From an uncultured Alphaproteobacteria bacterium (GTDB taxonomy: Bacteria > Pseudomonadota > Alphaproteobacteria > Rhizobiales > Rhodomicrobiaceae), in contig CAWEFZ010000004.1 of the NCBI GenBank assembly GCA_963808505.1, positions 507,058 to 571,057 of the forward strand: a DNA stretch of 64,000 bases. The letters run 5' to 3'. Below the pieces are notes generated by a model. It was given only the letters and a program-made list of their open reading frames with translations, was not told the origin of the DNA and searched no databases. The position numbers and the translations under genes are program-made. Shown one piece after another: positions 1-8,055 of this stretch (position 1 is the stretch's first letter; every line of letters begins with the position of its first letter).

Positions 1-24
1 GGAGGTGTTAGCAATAGACTTGCC

Positions 25-960
25 TTACTGGTTTTCAGTTGGTTCCACAAGTCTGGAGCTGTCTTTTGGTTTCTCTCCATAGATTTCTAAAAAATCAGAA
101 AGTCGCATTCCAACTTTCGGCCGTTCGAGTCTCGCTCTGAAATTTCCGATAAAATCTTCTTCGCAGTCAACCCTCTGTTTCTGTCTTTGGTCCAGCATCT
201 GGAGTAATTGCTCTTCACTTTGAGACAGCTGTAAAAAGTGCTGCTTTACCCTAATTTCTATTATCTGTTTGCTTTCTTGAGCACTTCCTCCGTATTGACC
301 GCAATTAGCTTGCAACCATTCGTAAAAACTCGGAGAGTATTCAAGAAAATTTTCATCTTCGATGTTGGTCCAATAAATGTCAGCCGAACTTGTAGCTATC
401 ATGGCCTCAATATATTTCTTTGGAACTTCCATCTCCTCAAGGTAGGCTGCAATCTTTGTTAAGATAGGTTTGTAAATTTTTTCGGCTACGGTGGGCGATA
501 ATTCCCTAAAGCTAGCATCTGTAGTAGAAGGTCTATGAAGCCCAACATCGCCAGACCTGTATGGCGCACCAAACCAAATCAGGGCGCACGCGCTTGCACA
601 GACACAATCACTGCCATTGCAGACAATCTTATGGAAAGATTCGAGATGGAAATCAGAGAAAGTATCTAGACGCCGGGGTGCTATTGAACGAATATAGTAA
701 TTTCGGAACAGATGTCCAATTCTTATTGCTTCTTCGGCGTCTCCACCTGGAGATTGAAGGAGAAAAGCTGATAAAAATGGATGATTGTCTCGCAAAAAAG
801 TCTTGACTCGAAGATAGTCACCCTTAATTATTTCCCCTTTGATATACCCTTCAAGACAATGCGACTTGCCGTGTTGAAAACAGCCTACCTCGGCTCCCAG
901 GCATGGGATCGTCAGCGTCGCCAGCAGCCCCAACAATAGCCCTCGTAGCATCGTGCCCAT
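25..960 (-). CDS. Secreted ClpP/crotonase-fold protein (COG3904-like predicted periplasmic protein) with a C-terminal coiled-coil-like extension
   Basis: Complete 311-aa ORF. It has an N-terminal signal peptide (LLLGLLATLTIPCLGA). The LQSPGGDAEEAIRIG and CASACALIWFG motifs are typical of ClpP-fold periplasmic proteins. The gene is visibly AT-rich compared with its flanks. Confidence 0.55.
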   Translation of the reverse strand: MGTMLRGLLLGLLATLTIPCLGAEVGCFQHGKSHCLEGYIKGEIIKGDYLRVKTFLRDNHPFLSAFLLQSPGGDAEEAIRIGHLFRNYYIRSIAPRRLDTFSDFHLESFHKIVCNGSDCVCASACALIWFGAPYRSGDVGLHRPSTTDASFRELSPTVAEKIYKPILTKIAAYLEEMEVPKKYIEAMIATSSADIYWTNIEDENFLEYSPSFYEWLQANCGQYGGSAQESKQIIEIRVKQHFLQLSQSEEQLLQMLDQRQKQRVDCEEDFIGNFRARLERPKVGMRLSDFLEIYGEKPKDSSRLVEPTENQ

Positions 961-1098
961 GCGACGCCCCTAAAAAGTCATTACAAATGTTGGCGCTTGC
1001 TTAGCCGGTTATGAGGTTGCGGACAAGGACGTCAGCCACAGACAGCCACTGTGGAGAACCGAATCAGTGCTAAGTTGGTTAAAATTAATGGGCGCACG

Positions 1099-1395
1099 AT
1101 GCTCGATGGGCGGAATATCAAGCACAAGGGGCTTCGCAAGCTTTGGGTCGATAACGATCCGAGCGGCTTGAAAGGCGAGTGGGTGGAGAGAGCCGGTCGC
1201 ATTTTGCAAGCCGTTGACGCTGCAGCGACGCCGGAGGAGCTGCTTGGCGTTCCCGCGTACCGCCTGCATCCGCTCAAAGGAAGACGAAAGGGTACGTGGT
1301 CCGCGAGAGTGAGCAAGAATTATCGTATAACCTTCAAGTGGGCTGACGCTGGCCCCTACGACGTGGATTTGGAGGACTATCATGGCCGTGCATAG
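1099..1395 (+). CDS. higB: HigB-type toxin (RelE/ParE superfamily, plasmid maintenance killer protein)
   Basis: ORF 1051-1395, with the internal ATG at 1099 giving a ~98-aa product. IKHKGLRKLW and RLHPLKGRRKGTWSARVSKNYRITF match the HigB pattern. It overlaps the downstream HTH gene by 14 nt. Confidence 0.8.
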   Translation: MLDGRNIKHKGLRKLWVDNDPSGLKGEWVERAGRILQAVDAAATPEELLGVPAYRLHPLKGRRKGTWSARVSKNYRITFKWADAGPYDVDLEDYHGRA

Positions 1396-1711
1396 CAGCA
1401 GGGGGTTGCCGCCGACGCATCCCGGCGTCTACTTGCGCGAGGACGTGCTTCCCTTCATTGAGCCGAGCGAAGCCGAGTTCGCTGAACTGCTTGGCATCGA
1501 TGAGGAGCTTTTGCGGGCCATCCTTGAGCAGCGTGAAGGCATCAACACAGAGACCGCGTTGCGGCTTGGCAAGGCGCTTGGCAACGGCGCGCGTTTCTGG
1601 CTGACGCTTCAGATGCAGTTCGACATTTGGAGCGCCGAACGCGACTTCCAGGCGAGCATCCCACAGGTCAAGCTCACGGAGCTTGGAAGCGGCAAATATT
1701 TAAGTAAGTAA
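1382..1711 (+). CDS. higA: HigA antitoxin (XRE-family HTH)
   Basis: 109 aa. HPGVYLREDVL...FAELLGI...TALRLGKALGNGARFWLTLQMQFDIW is the canonical HigA/VapI HTH pattern. Its start is translationally coupled to higB. Confidence 0.85.
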   Translation: MAVHSSRGLPPTHPGVYLREDVLPFIEPSEAEFAELLGIDEELLRAILEQREGINTETALRLGKALGNGARFWLTLQMQFDIWSAERDFQASIPQVKLTELGSGKYLSK

Positions 1712-2125
1712 CTTTTTCAAAAATGTATGCGGTTTGGGGATCGAGGCCAAAAGCGACCTACCCTATGCCCTCAATAGGGAAGTTAACACCCAAAGATGTG
1801 TTGCCAGCTTTGCGCGTGAAGTGACGTGCCCCGCCCGGCGGACCGATGTCAAGCACGCTTGCTTTGCAGGATGCGAGGCTAAACCTCGTGCTTCTCCCCA
1901 AAGGGGAGAAGCTGAATAAACGTGGCCGGGTGAATGCCCCCGCTGCTTGAGAGTGATTCGCAAGGCGGCAAGAGCGCCGCAATGGCGATGAATATCGAGG
2001 CGGAGCGCGAAGGAAGGAAGGCCGCGACCGAAGCTCTAAGGCGGCGAAATCGCGCCGCTTGGTAGCCCTGTGGTAGCCCGGCGCTTCCAGGTTTTGCCTG
2101 CGGCGCGCTAACCCCTTGGTTTCGT

Positions 2126-2202
2126 TGGTAGCGGAGGAGGGACTCGAACCCCCGACACGCGGATTATGATTCCGCTGCTCTAACCGGCTGAGCTACTCCG
2201 CC
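2126..2202 (-). tRNA. tRNA with anticodon CAU (Met elongator, or Ile2 if lysidine-modified)
   Basis: The reverse complement GGCGGAGTAGCTCAGCCGGTTAGAGCAGCGGAATCATAATCCGCGTGTCGGGGGTTCGAGTCCCTCCTCCGCTACCA folds as a 77-nt cloverleaf. The anticodon loop is AUCAUAA, the T-loop is TTCGAGT, and CCA is encoded. It has a G1-U72 wobble. Confidence 0.9.
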
Positions 2203-2289
2203 ATGCTCCAGGCGACCTCCGCGAACCGAGGTCTCACGCAGGTATAAGAATGACCGGCTTTGCCGTCAAGGCAAGCGTCCAAGGAAGTG

Positions 2290-2928
2290 CTAAGCTTCCT
2301 TCTGCAGGCGCAGCAGCGTGAACAGCCCAAAGGGCGGCAGATCGACCGCTTCGATGAGCCGGAAGCCGGGCGCGCCGGTCACGGTCTTCAGCGGAAAAAC
2401 CGGATGCCACCCAAGCCGCCGGGAGAACCGCGCCAAGCCGTGTTCCGCCGCCGCGCGCAATCCGTGCTCGCGGCTGAAGTGGTTCACCACGATCACGGTT
2501 CCTCCGGGCCGCACCACGCGGCGGATTTCCGCCATGACCGCCGCTGGATCGGGCACCACCGTCATCACAAACATCACGGCCGCGGCGTCGAAGCTGTTAT
2601 TGGCGAAGGAGAGCCGGCTCGCGTCCATCATCATCAGGCGCTTGCCTTTGAGGCCCAGGCGCTCGACACGCTCGGCGGCCTTGTAGAGCATCTCCTCCGA
2701 CAGGTCGATGCCCGTTACGTCGAGGCTCGGTTTGTAGTCCGGCAGGGAAAGCCCGGTGCCGACGCCGACTTCGAGCACGTGGCCCTCCGCCTCGTTCAGC
2801 TTGCGCACGGCGAGGCGCCTGCCGGGGGTGGCGACAAGCCCGAAGCTATAGTCGTAAATCGGCGCCCAGAACCGGTACGCCTTTATCACGGCGCGATCGT
2901 CGAGGGCGTGGCGTCTATATCTCTGCAT
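2290..2928 (-). CDS. Class I SAM-dependent methyltransferase (PmtA/UbiE-like)
   Basis: SAM motif [13 protein letters not shown], followed by GIDLSEEML and [15 protein letters not shown]. The start is taken at the internal ATG (MQRYRRH) because the longer ORF would run deep into mnmA. It overlaps the mnmA stop by 14 nt. Confidence 0.75.
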   Translation of the reverse strand: MQRYRRHALDDRAVIKAYRFWAPIYDYSFGLVATPGRRLAVRKLNEAEGHVLEVGVGTGLSLPDYKPSLDVTGIDLSEEMLYKAAERVERLGLKGKRLMMMDASRLSFANNSFDAAAVMFVMTVVPDPAAVMAEIRRVVRPGGTVIVVNHFSREHGLRAAAEHGLARFSRRLGWHPVFPLKTVTGAPGFRLIEAVDLPPFGLFTLLRLQKEA

Positions 2929-4111
2929 GTCGCCCCGCCGCCGATACAATGAAGCCGCCGCCAAGAACGCGGGCCGAGCCGCCGCCGCTCTCGTAAAAAA
3001 CGCAAGCCTGGCCGCCCGCCACGCCGTATTCGGCCTCATCGAGTTCGACGCACGCCTCGCCAGCCGTCGAAGCCAGCGTGGCGGGCCGCGGCGCCTGCGT
3101 GGAACGCACCTTCACAAAAAGCCGCCGGCGCCCGGCGAGCGCGTCCGCGAGCGTTCCGCCGCCGATCCAGTTCACGTCCTTCAGCCGGATCGACGAGGTG
3201 CGCAACATCTCTCGCGGCCCCACGACCACGCGCCGCCATTGTGTCTCTATACGTAGCACGAAAAGCGGTTCCCCCGTTGCAATGCCCAATCCCTTCCGCT
3301 GCCCAACCGTGAAGCCGACGATGCCTCGATGCGTCCCGAGAACGCGGCCGTCGGCGTGGACGATTTCGCCGGGTTCATTGCTCTCGGGCCGAAGCCCGCG
3401 AATGACCGACGCGTAATCGCCTGTTGGCGCGAAGCATATATCCTGACTGTCGGGCTTGGAAGCTACGGGCAAGCCAAGCTGCGCGGCCAATGCGCGCGTC
3501 TGGGTCTTTTTCATGGCGCCGAGCGGAAAGCGCAGGAAGTCGAGCTGCTCGCGCGTGGTTGCAAACAGGAAATAGCTCTGGTCGCGTTCGGGGTCCGCCG
3601 CCTGATGCATCTCCCACCCGGCCGGGCCGGGGCGGCTGCGCACATAATGGCCGGTGACGAGCGCGGAGGCGCCGAGCTCGCGCGCCATCTTGAGGAGATC
3701 CGAGAACTTCACGGTCTGATTGCAGCGCACGCAAGGCAGCGGCGTCTCGCCCGCCATGTAACTCGCGGCGAAATCGTCGATGACGGACTGGCGGAAGCGA
3801 TCCTCGTAGTTCAGGACGTAATGGGCGATGCCCACATGCTCCGCCACCCGTCTTGCGTCCATGATATCCCGCCCGGCGCAGCAGGCCCCTTTTCGCGCCA
3901 AGGCGGCGCCGTGGTCGTAAAGCTGGAGCGTGACGCCGACGGTTTCGAAGCCCGCGCGGCTAACCAGCGCGGCAGCCAGCGACGAATCGACGCCCCCCGA
4001 CATGGCGACGACGATCCGATGCGCGCTTGGCGGGCCGGCGAGCCCGAAGGACCGGGGATCGAGCGCAAGTCCGTCCCCGCCCTCGGGGATATTTGGCATC
4101 GTTGGCAGCAT
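2915..4111 (-). CDS. mnmA: tRNA 2-thiouridine(34) synthase MnmA
   Basis: 398 aa with the PP-loop [10 protein letters not shown]. Conserved [16 protein letters not shown] and QDICF blocks are present. Confidence 0.95.
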   Translation of the reverse strand: MLPTMPNIPEGGDGLALDPRSFGLAGPPSAHRIVVAMSGGVDSSLAAALVSRAGFETVGVTLQLYDHGAALARKGACCAGRDIMDARRVAEHVGIAHYVLNYEDRFRQSVIDDFAASYMAGETPLPCVRCNQTVKFSDLLKMARELGASALVTGHYVRSRPGPAGWEMHQAADPERDQSYFLFATTREQLDFLRFPLGAMKKTQTRALAAQLGLPVASKPDSQDICFAPTGDYASVIRGLRPESNEPGEIVHADGRVLGTHRGIVGFTVGQRKGLGIATGEPLFVLRIETQWRRVVVGPREMLRTSSIRLKDVNWIGGGTLADALAGRRRLFVKVRSTQAPRPATLASTAGEACVELDEAEYGVAGGQACVFYESGGGSARVLGGGFIVSAAGRHAEI

Positions 4112-4322
4112 TGGGAGACGCTTGTTCCGTGATCTCGGTCTGTTTCCATATGAAAGCGCGATGTCTTTGCGCCTATCCTATACACATCCTTAACGTGTAT
4201 TACTGACGCGTCTCCACTAAAGGTAGAGCACATCGATAACATTTCTAAGATCGGAATTAGGAACCCTTTAAGCGAGCCGGAATAAAGTGCACATCATGGT
4301 CTTGATCGCGTGTGAGAGTACT

Positions 4323-4598
4323 ATGACCGATTTGTTCCGCCCCCGCCTCCGTTACGTCCTCGGCCCTGATGGCAGCCCCCTCACGATAGCCGACCTTCCT
4401 CCTCCAAACACAAAGCGCTGGGTTATACGCCGCAAGGCCGAAGTTGTCGCCGCTGTGCGCGGAGGGCTCCTGAGCCTCGACGACGCTTGCAAACGCTATA
4501 AGCTGACGATCGACGAGTTTTTGAGCTGGCAACGGCTTATCGACCGGCACGGCCTGCCGGGCTTGCGGGCGACCAAGGTTCAGGATTACCGGAATTGA
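4323..4598 (+). CDS. DUF1153-family small HTH protein (the family believed to include the CtrA inhibitor SciP)
   Basis: LPPPNTKRWVIRRKAEVVAAVRGGLLSLDDACKRYKLTIDEFLSWQRLIDRHGLPGLRATKVQDYR matches the DUF1153 pattern. The start is set at MTDLF. Confidence 0.7.
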   Translation: MTDLFRPRLRYVLGPDGSPLTIADLPPPNTKRWVIRRKAEVVAAVRGGLLSLDDACKRYKLTIDEFLSWQRLIDRHGLPGLRATKVQDYRN

Positions 4599-4666
4599 GC
4601 GCTCCTGGCCAGCAAGGCAGAGCATAGCGCCCGCACTTTTGCCGTCCCCGATGCTCTCGCTTTTCT

Positions 4667-4707
4667 GTCGTCCCCGCGAAGGCGGGGACCCAGTATTCAA
4701 TGAGCGC
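4667..4707. repeat. REP-like palindromic unit, family B (GTCGTCCCCGCGAAGGCGGGGAC...)
   Basis: This 41-mer recurs exactly in inverted orientation at 63940-63980. Related units occur at about 37118-37140 and 50610-50760. Confidence 0.8.
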
Positions 4708-4848
4708 TGAGAGTATTAGATTCCCGCTTTCGAGCGTGTGAAAAAATCCGCCGGCATGCCTGGACGGCGCAAAAGCGTCCCCTCTCCCATCCGCATCCGC
4801 TTGCGGATATGTTGCCGCGAAGGCAGCGCCAACCTGCCTCCGGTTGTA

Positions 4849-5151
4849 CTAACGGGCCGCCTTGGGCTGATCCTCGGGGTTGTCCAGGTAAAGGAGCCCC
4901 TCCTGCAATGAGACGGTTTCCGTCCCGTCGAACTCATAGTCTTCCGCATCCGGCAGGCGAATAACGCAGCTTTTTTCGCAAAGCTGCAGTTTATCGCCCG
5001 CCTTGATGGTTTTCTCGTTCTGCTTGTCGCCCTCGATAACAACAATCGTTTGATCGGCGCTGTCGCGATTCGTCAGTGTAAGGGCGAAAGGCGAAGCAGG
5101 CCAAAACGCTAGAGGCGCCACGATCAGAATCCCGCAAGCAAGCCGCATCAT
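4849..5151 (-). CDS. Small secreted hypothetical protein (100 aa)
   Basis: Internal start MMRLACGILIVAPLAFWPASPFA forms a signal peptide. The upstream part of the 271-aa ORF is Arg/Pro-rich shadow sequence. Confidence 0.5.
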   Translation of the reverse strand: MMRLACGILIVAPLAFWPASPFALTLTNRDSADQTIVVIEGDKQNEKTIKAGDKLQLCEKSCVIRLPDAEDYEFDGTETVSLQEGLLYLDNPEDQPKAAR

Positions 5152-5248
5152 GAATCTCTTCCGAAGTTGGAGGGATGTCACGCCTTGCTTACAAGAGAAA
5201 AAGGAAAAAGGGGAAGGAAATGTCTTCCTCCTTTTCCTTCCACGAGCC

Positions 5249-5344
5249 CTACTTCTTGCCGCCCTTCTTGCCGCCCGCCTTCTCGCTGGATTTCTCCTGC
5301 GGCTTCGGGGCATCCTTCGGTTTGGCTTCCGGTTTTTTTGCCAT
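5249..5344 (-). CDS. Possible 31-aa lysine-rich small protein (MAKKPEAKPKDAPKPQEKSSEKAGGKKGGKK)
   Basis: An ATG is preceded by GAGGTG at about 7 nt and the ORF ends in TAG. It is below the ORF-track size cut-off. There is no homology evidence. Confidence 0.3.
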   Translation of the reverse strand: MAKKPEAKPKDAPKPQEKSSEKAGGKKGGKK

Positions 5345-5826
5345 TTCGTCTCACCTCTGAAAGACACGCCAAATGCATTCGGCGCAACCAAGAGTTTGAG
5401 GACATCACGGCCGCAGCGCAACGAAAATTTACTGTGTCTATTGTGGAATCTGTGAACGGATGGCGGATCTAAATGCGCCGGACCCGGATGAGCCTCCGGG
5501 CGCCCCGGGGAGGCGCCCGCGGGTTGCCCGGTCTCCATGGCGGCCGCCGCCGCCTCCGTGAACGGCATAACGGCCGCCCAAGCGATGCCCATCGAGGCGG
5601 GCGCTCCGGAATTTGAAGCGATGGCCGCCGCCTGCCACCCCCGGTTGTTGCTTATTCGCACCATTTACCTAAAGATGTCTCCCAAGAGGAAAAACTCCGT
5701 TTACGTACCGAAGCGCGCGTGCTAGCAAATAACGCTATTCAGCGGCCGGGAATGGATGTCCAAACCGGCATGTGGCTTGGTGTAGGTAACTACGTGTTGG
5801 GGTTCGGTACCGTGTACACGGAGCGC

Positions 5827-6291
5827 TTGAAAGTGTCGGCGGCAATAGCGACTGCATTCGCGGGCGCAGCCCTTAGCTTAACCCCCGCTTCCATGGCCGC
5901 GGATTCGATCAAGATCGAAGTTACCCGCACAATTACGCCCTTCTGTAGCGCCAGCAGCGCGATAGACTGCAACGCGCCCATTCAATACAGCATGCAGCCG
6001 GCGAACAGGGCCTTCCCGCGAGCAAGCGCCCTGGCGGCAGCCGGCAAGATCGGGGCGCCTTCCGGCATTCCTATCGAGATCCCCCTAACGCTTGGCGGCG
6101 CTATCGATGACGTTTGCGGCGGCAAAACGGTCGAGCGGGGAGAAGGCCGTTGTAAGGTCTCGAACTCAGGCCGCAAGATAGCAGTCAGCCGGGCGGCTGA
6201 AGCGCGGATTTCATGGGACGGCGCGCACGTACAGATGATGACTGGTCAATACAGCGGCCGGCTCGCCATTACCGTCGGCCTAAGATCATGA
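5827..6291 (+). CDS. Secreted hypothetical protein; the C-terminus is faintly reminiscent of spore-coat-U/Csu fimbrial subunits
   Basis: Lies in ORF 5719-6291. A TTG at 5827 follows GGAG and gives the signal peptide KVSAAIATAFAGAALSLTPASMA. The C-terminal sequence is TGQYSGRLAITVGL. Both start and function are uncertain. Confidence 0.4.
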   Translation: MKVSAAIATAFAGAALSLTPASMAADSIKIEVTRTITPFCSASSAIDCNAPIQYSMQPANRAFPRASALAAAGKIGAPSGIPIEIPLTLGGAIDDVCGGKTVERGEGRCKVSNSGRKIAVSRAAEARISWDGAHVQMMTGQYSGRLAITVGLRS

Positions 6292-6577
6292 CCGGTTAGC
6301 CATATCCGGGCCGCCGGCTTTTTGCAGGGCGGCCTCTATTCAAAACGTCGAATCGAAACAGCTTCGGAGGCAAGACGGCTCCGAAGAAGGGGAGGCTTTT
6401 TGCCTTGAACGTAGCATTCATCAGGCACTCAGATTGTTGTCAAAGTGAACTTTGCCACTGAATTGTCTAGAAGAGTATGTTATTTAGCGGAGGTAAAAAA
6501 TGAGGATAGGGTGATCGTATCTAAGCTTATGATTGGTTCAAAGTTGTCCGTTTGACAAAAAGTAGGGAGTTAAGTTT

Positions 6578-7429
6578 GTGGTATCGATCGCAATCATGAA
6601 CGCTAAGGGCGGCGTCGGAAAATCTACCCTCACCATGGCTCTTGCCGAGACGCTATCCGCATATCACGGCAAGCGCGTCCTTCTCATCGACTCCGACGGC
6701 CAAATGAGCCTGAGCGTCATGGTCACGCCGATGGCGCGGCTTAATATGCTGCAGAACCAAGGACGGACGATTACGGACTTCCTCAAGAGCCTCTTGCCCA
6801 GAAGCAAGGAGATCGATTGGCGCACCTGCGTCACTGACGGCGCTAGCGACGTTTATGACGCCCGCAGCCTCAGCCTGATCCCGGGCGACATGGATTTGAC
6901 GCTGGTCGAGCGCGACCTCGTCGCCGCGCGCGCGGGCATCCATGTGCGCGAGCGTTGCGGATCGCTTCTGCGCGCCGCATCCGAAGAGTTCGACCTCGTG
7001 CTTGTCGATTGCGCGCCGGGCATTTCCATGATGACCGAGTGCTGGTTGCGGGAATGCGACTGGCATCTGATCCCCGTCAGGCCCGACGTGCTTGCCGTGA
7101 GCGGTTTCCAATATCTGAAGAATTTCAGGAAACGCACGCCCGACGCCCCCTTTGCGCGCCATCTCGGCGTCCTGGTGAACATGAAGCAGGCGCGGTCCGG
7201 CATCGACGATATGATCAATGACCTTCTTCTCACTAATCACGAGATGAACTGCTTTGCCACGGCGGTGCCCATGATCCAGCACGTCCAGAAATCGGCCTTG
7301 TACTCGGTCGAGGAACGCTCCTACCACAATAAATATCCGGGGGAAGCGGGGCTCGCGCTGCGCGACATAGCGACGGAAATCCTCGAACGCCTCTCGCATA
7401 ACAACTGGGTCCAAGCCGTGGCGGCTTAA
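6578..7429 (+). CDS. Orphan ParA/MinD-family P-loop ATPase
   Basis: GTG start and the deviant Walker A motif NAKGGVGKST. LIDSDGQ and VLVDCAPG (Walker B region) are also present. No parB-like partner is adjacent, and an AT-rich 285-bp region lies upstream. Confidence 0.85.
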   Translation: MVSIAIMNAKGGVGKSTLTMALAETLSAYHGKRVLLIDSDGQMSLSVMVTPMARLNMLQNQGRTITDFLKSLLPRSKEIDWRTCVTDGASDVYDARSLSLIPGDMDLTLVERDLVAARAGIHVRERCGSLLRAASEEFDLVLVDCAPGISMMTECWLRECDWHLIPVRPDVLAVSGFQYLKNFRKRTPDAPFARHLGVLVNMKQARSGIDDMINDLLLTNHEMNCFATAVPMIQHVQKSALYSVEERSYHNKYPGEAGLALRDIATEILERLSHNNWVQAVAA

Positions 7430-7481
7430 CGCAGCCGGGGTCCGGGCCTGCCCGCCGCGCGTGCTTGGGCGGGGTGCGCCG

Positions 7482-7912
7482 CTTATCGTTCGAACTTCTC
7501 GAACCGTAGGGCGGCGGGCGATTTTCGTAACGCCGGGCATGGTTAAAATCGCACGGGTTAACGGCCGCCGGAGTGGCGGTTTCCCGCGGACTTTTCCTAC
7601 GGAATCCGCCCGAAAATGCAAAAAAAGCCGGATTCGACGCGAAAAAAGCGAGTCGGAAATCCTAGTTAACGGTTCTAAAGTTGCGCGCGTCAACCAAGAA
7701 TCCGGGCCTGAGGTTGTGGGCGCGCGGTTCGCAACCGCTTTGGATATTGCGGCGCTGGCGTATTTTTCCAAGGAAAACCAATGCGATAGGCGCGTTTAAC
7801 GCGCACGCAAGGCGCTTTCGGCTATACTGGCCGTAATGAGGGAAAAAGGGGCAAAAACCGCGAAGTGGCGGAACCTTATTCCGGGGCGCCAAGGCTAAGA
7901 GCGGGTTAACGG
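7482..7912 (+). repeat. Copy 1 of an unclassified ~425-bp interspersed non-coding element
   Basis: Aligns by eye over its full length with 58508-58929 (+) and 63445-63866 (-). The three copies share GTTAACGG motifs, TTAACCAT, GANTC sites and hairpins. Confidence 0.85.
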
Positions 7913-8055
7913 GCAGCGCGTCCGGCGCCGCCTCGCATTGACAAAACGGTCATGATCGGGCTTCAAGACGTTCGCGGTCCCGATTGCAACCGCCACCCGC
8001 TGCTTGGCTGGGCAAGCGGCCGATGGCGGTCGAGGCGCCGCTCCATGCGGAAGGA

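Noticed and set aside
7461-7799. ORFs inside the 425-bp repeat: 7461-7799(+), 63575-63934(+) and the tail of 6653-7771(-). Copies 1 and 3 even share an apparent in-frame peptide (AVAN.AP...SWL.RAT.EPLTRI..S.FSR).
   Set aside because: The shared frame exists only because that stretch has no indels between copies 1 and 3. The differences are spread over all codon positions. Copy 2 has a stop (…TGG TTA ACG CGC GCA ACA ATA AAA CTG TAA) and indels in the same frame. This is nucleotide-level conservation, not protein-level conservation.
7482-7912. Full CtrA boxes (TTAA-N7-TTAAC) and a repABC-type parS (GTTNNCNGCNGNNAAC) inside the 425-bp element. Candidates were GGTTAA-N11/12-TTAAC and GTTGCGCGCGTTAAC.
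   Set aside because: The spacing between TTAA half-sites is 11-12 or 20 nt, not 7. GTTGCGCGCGTTAAC is 15 nt long and not a true palindrome. Only the 8-mer TTAACCAT and isolated GTTAAC hexamers are genuinely present.
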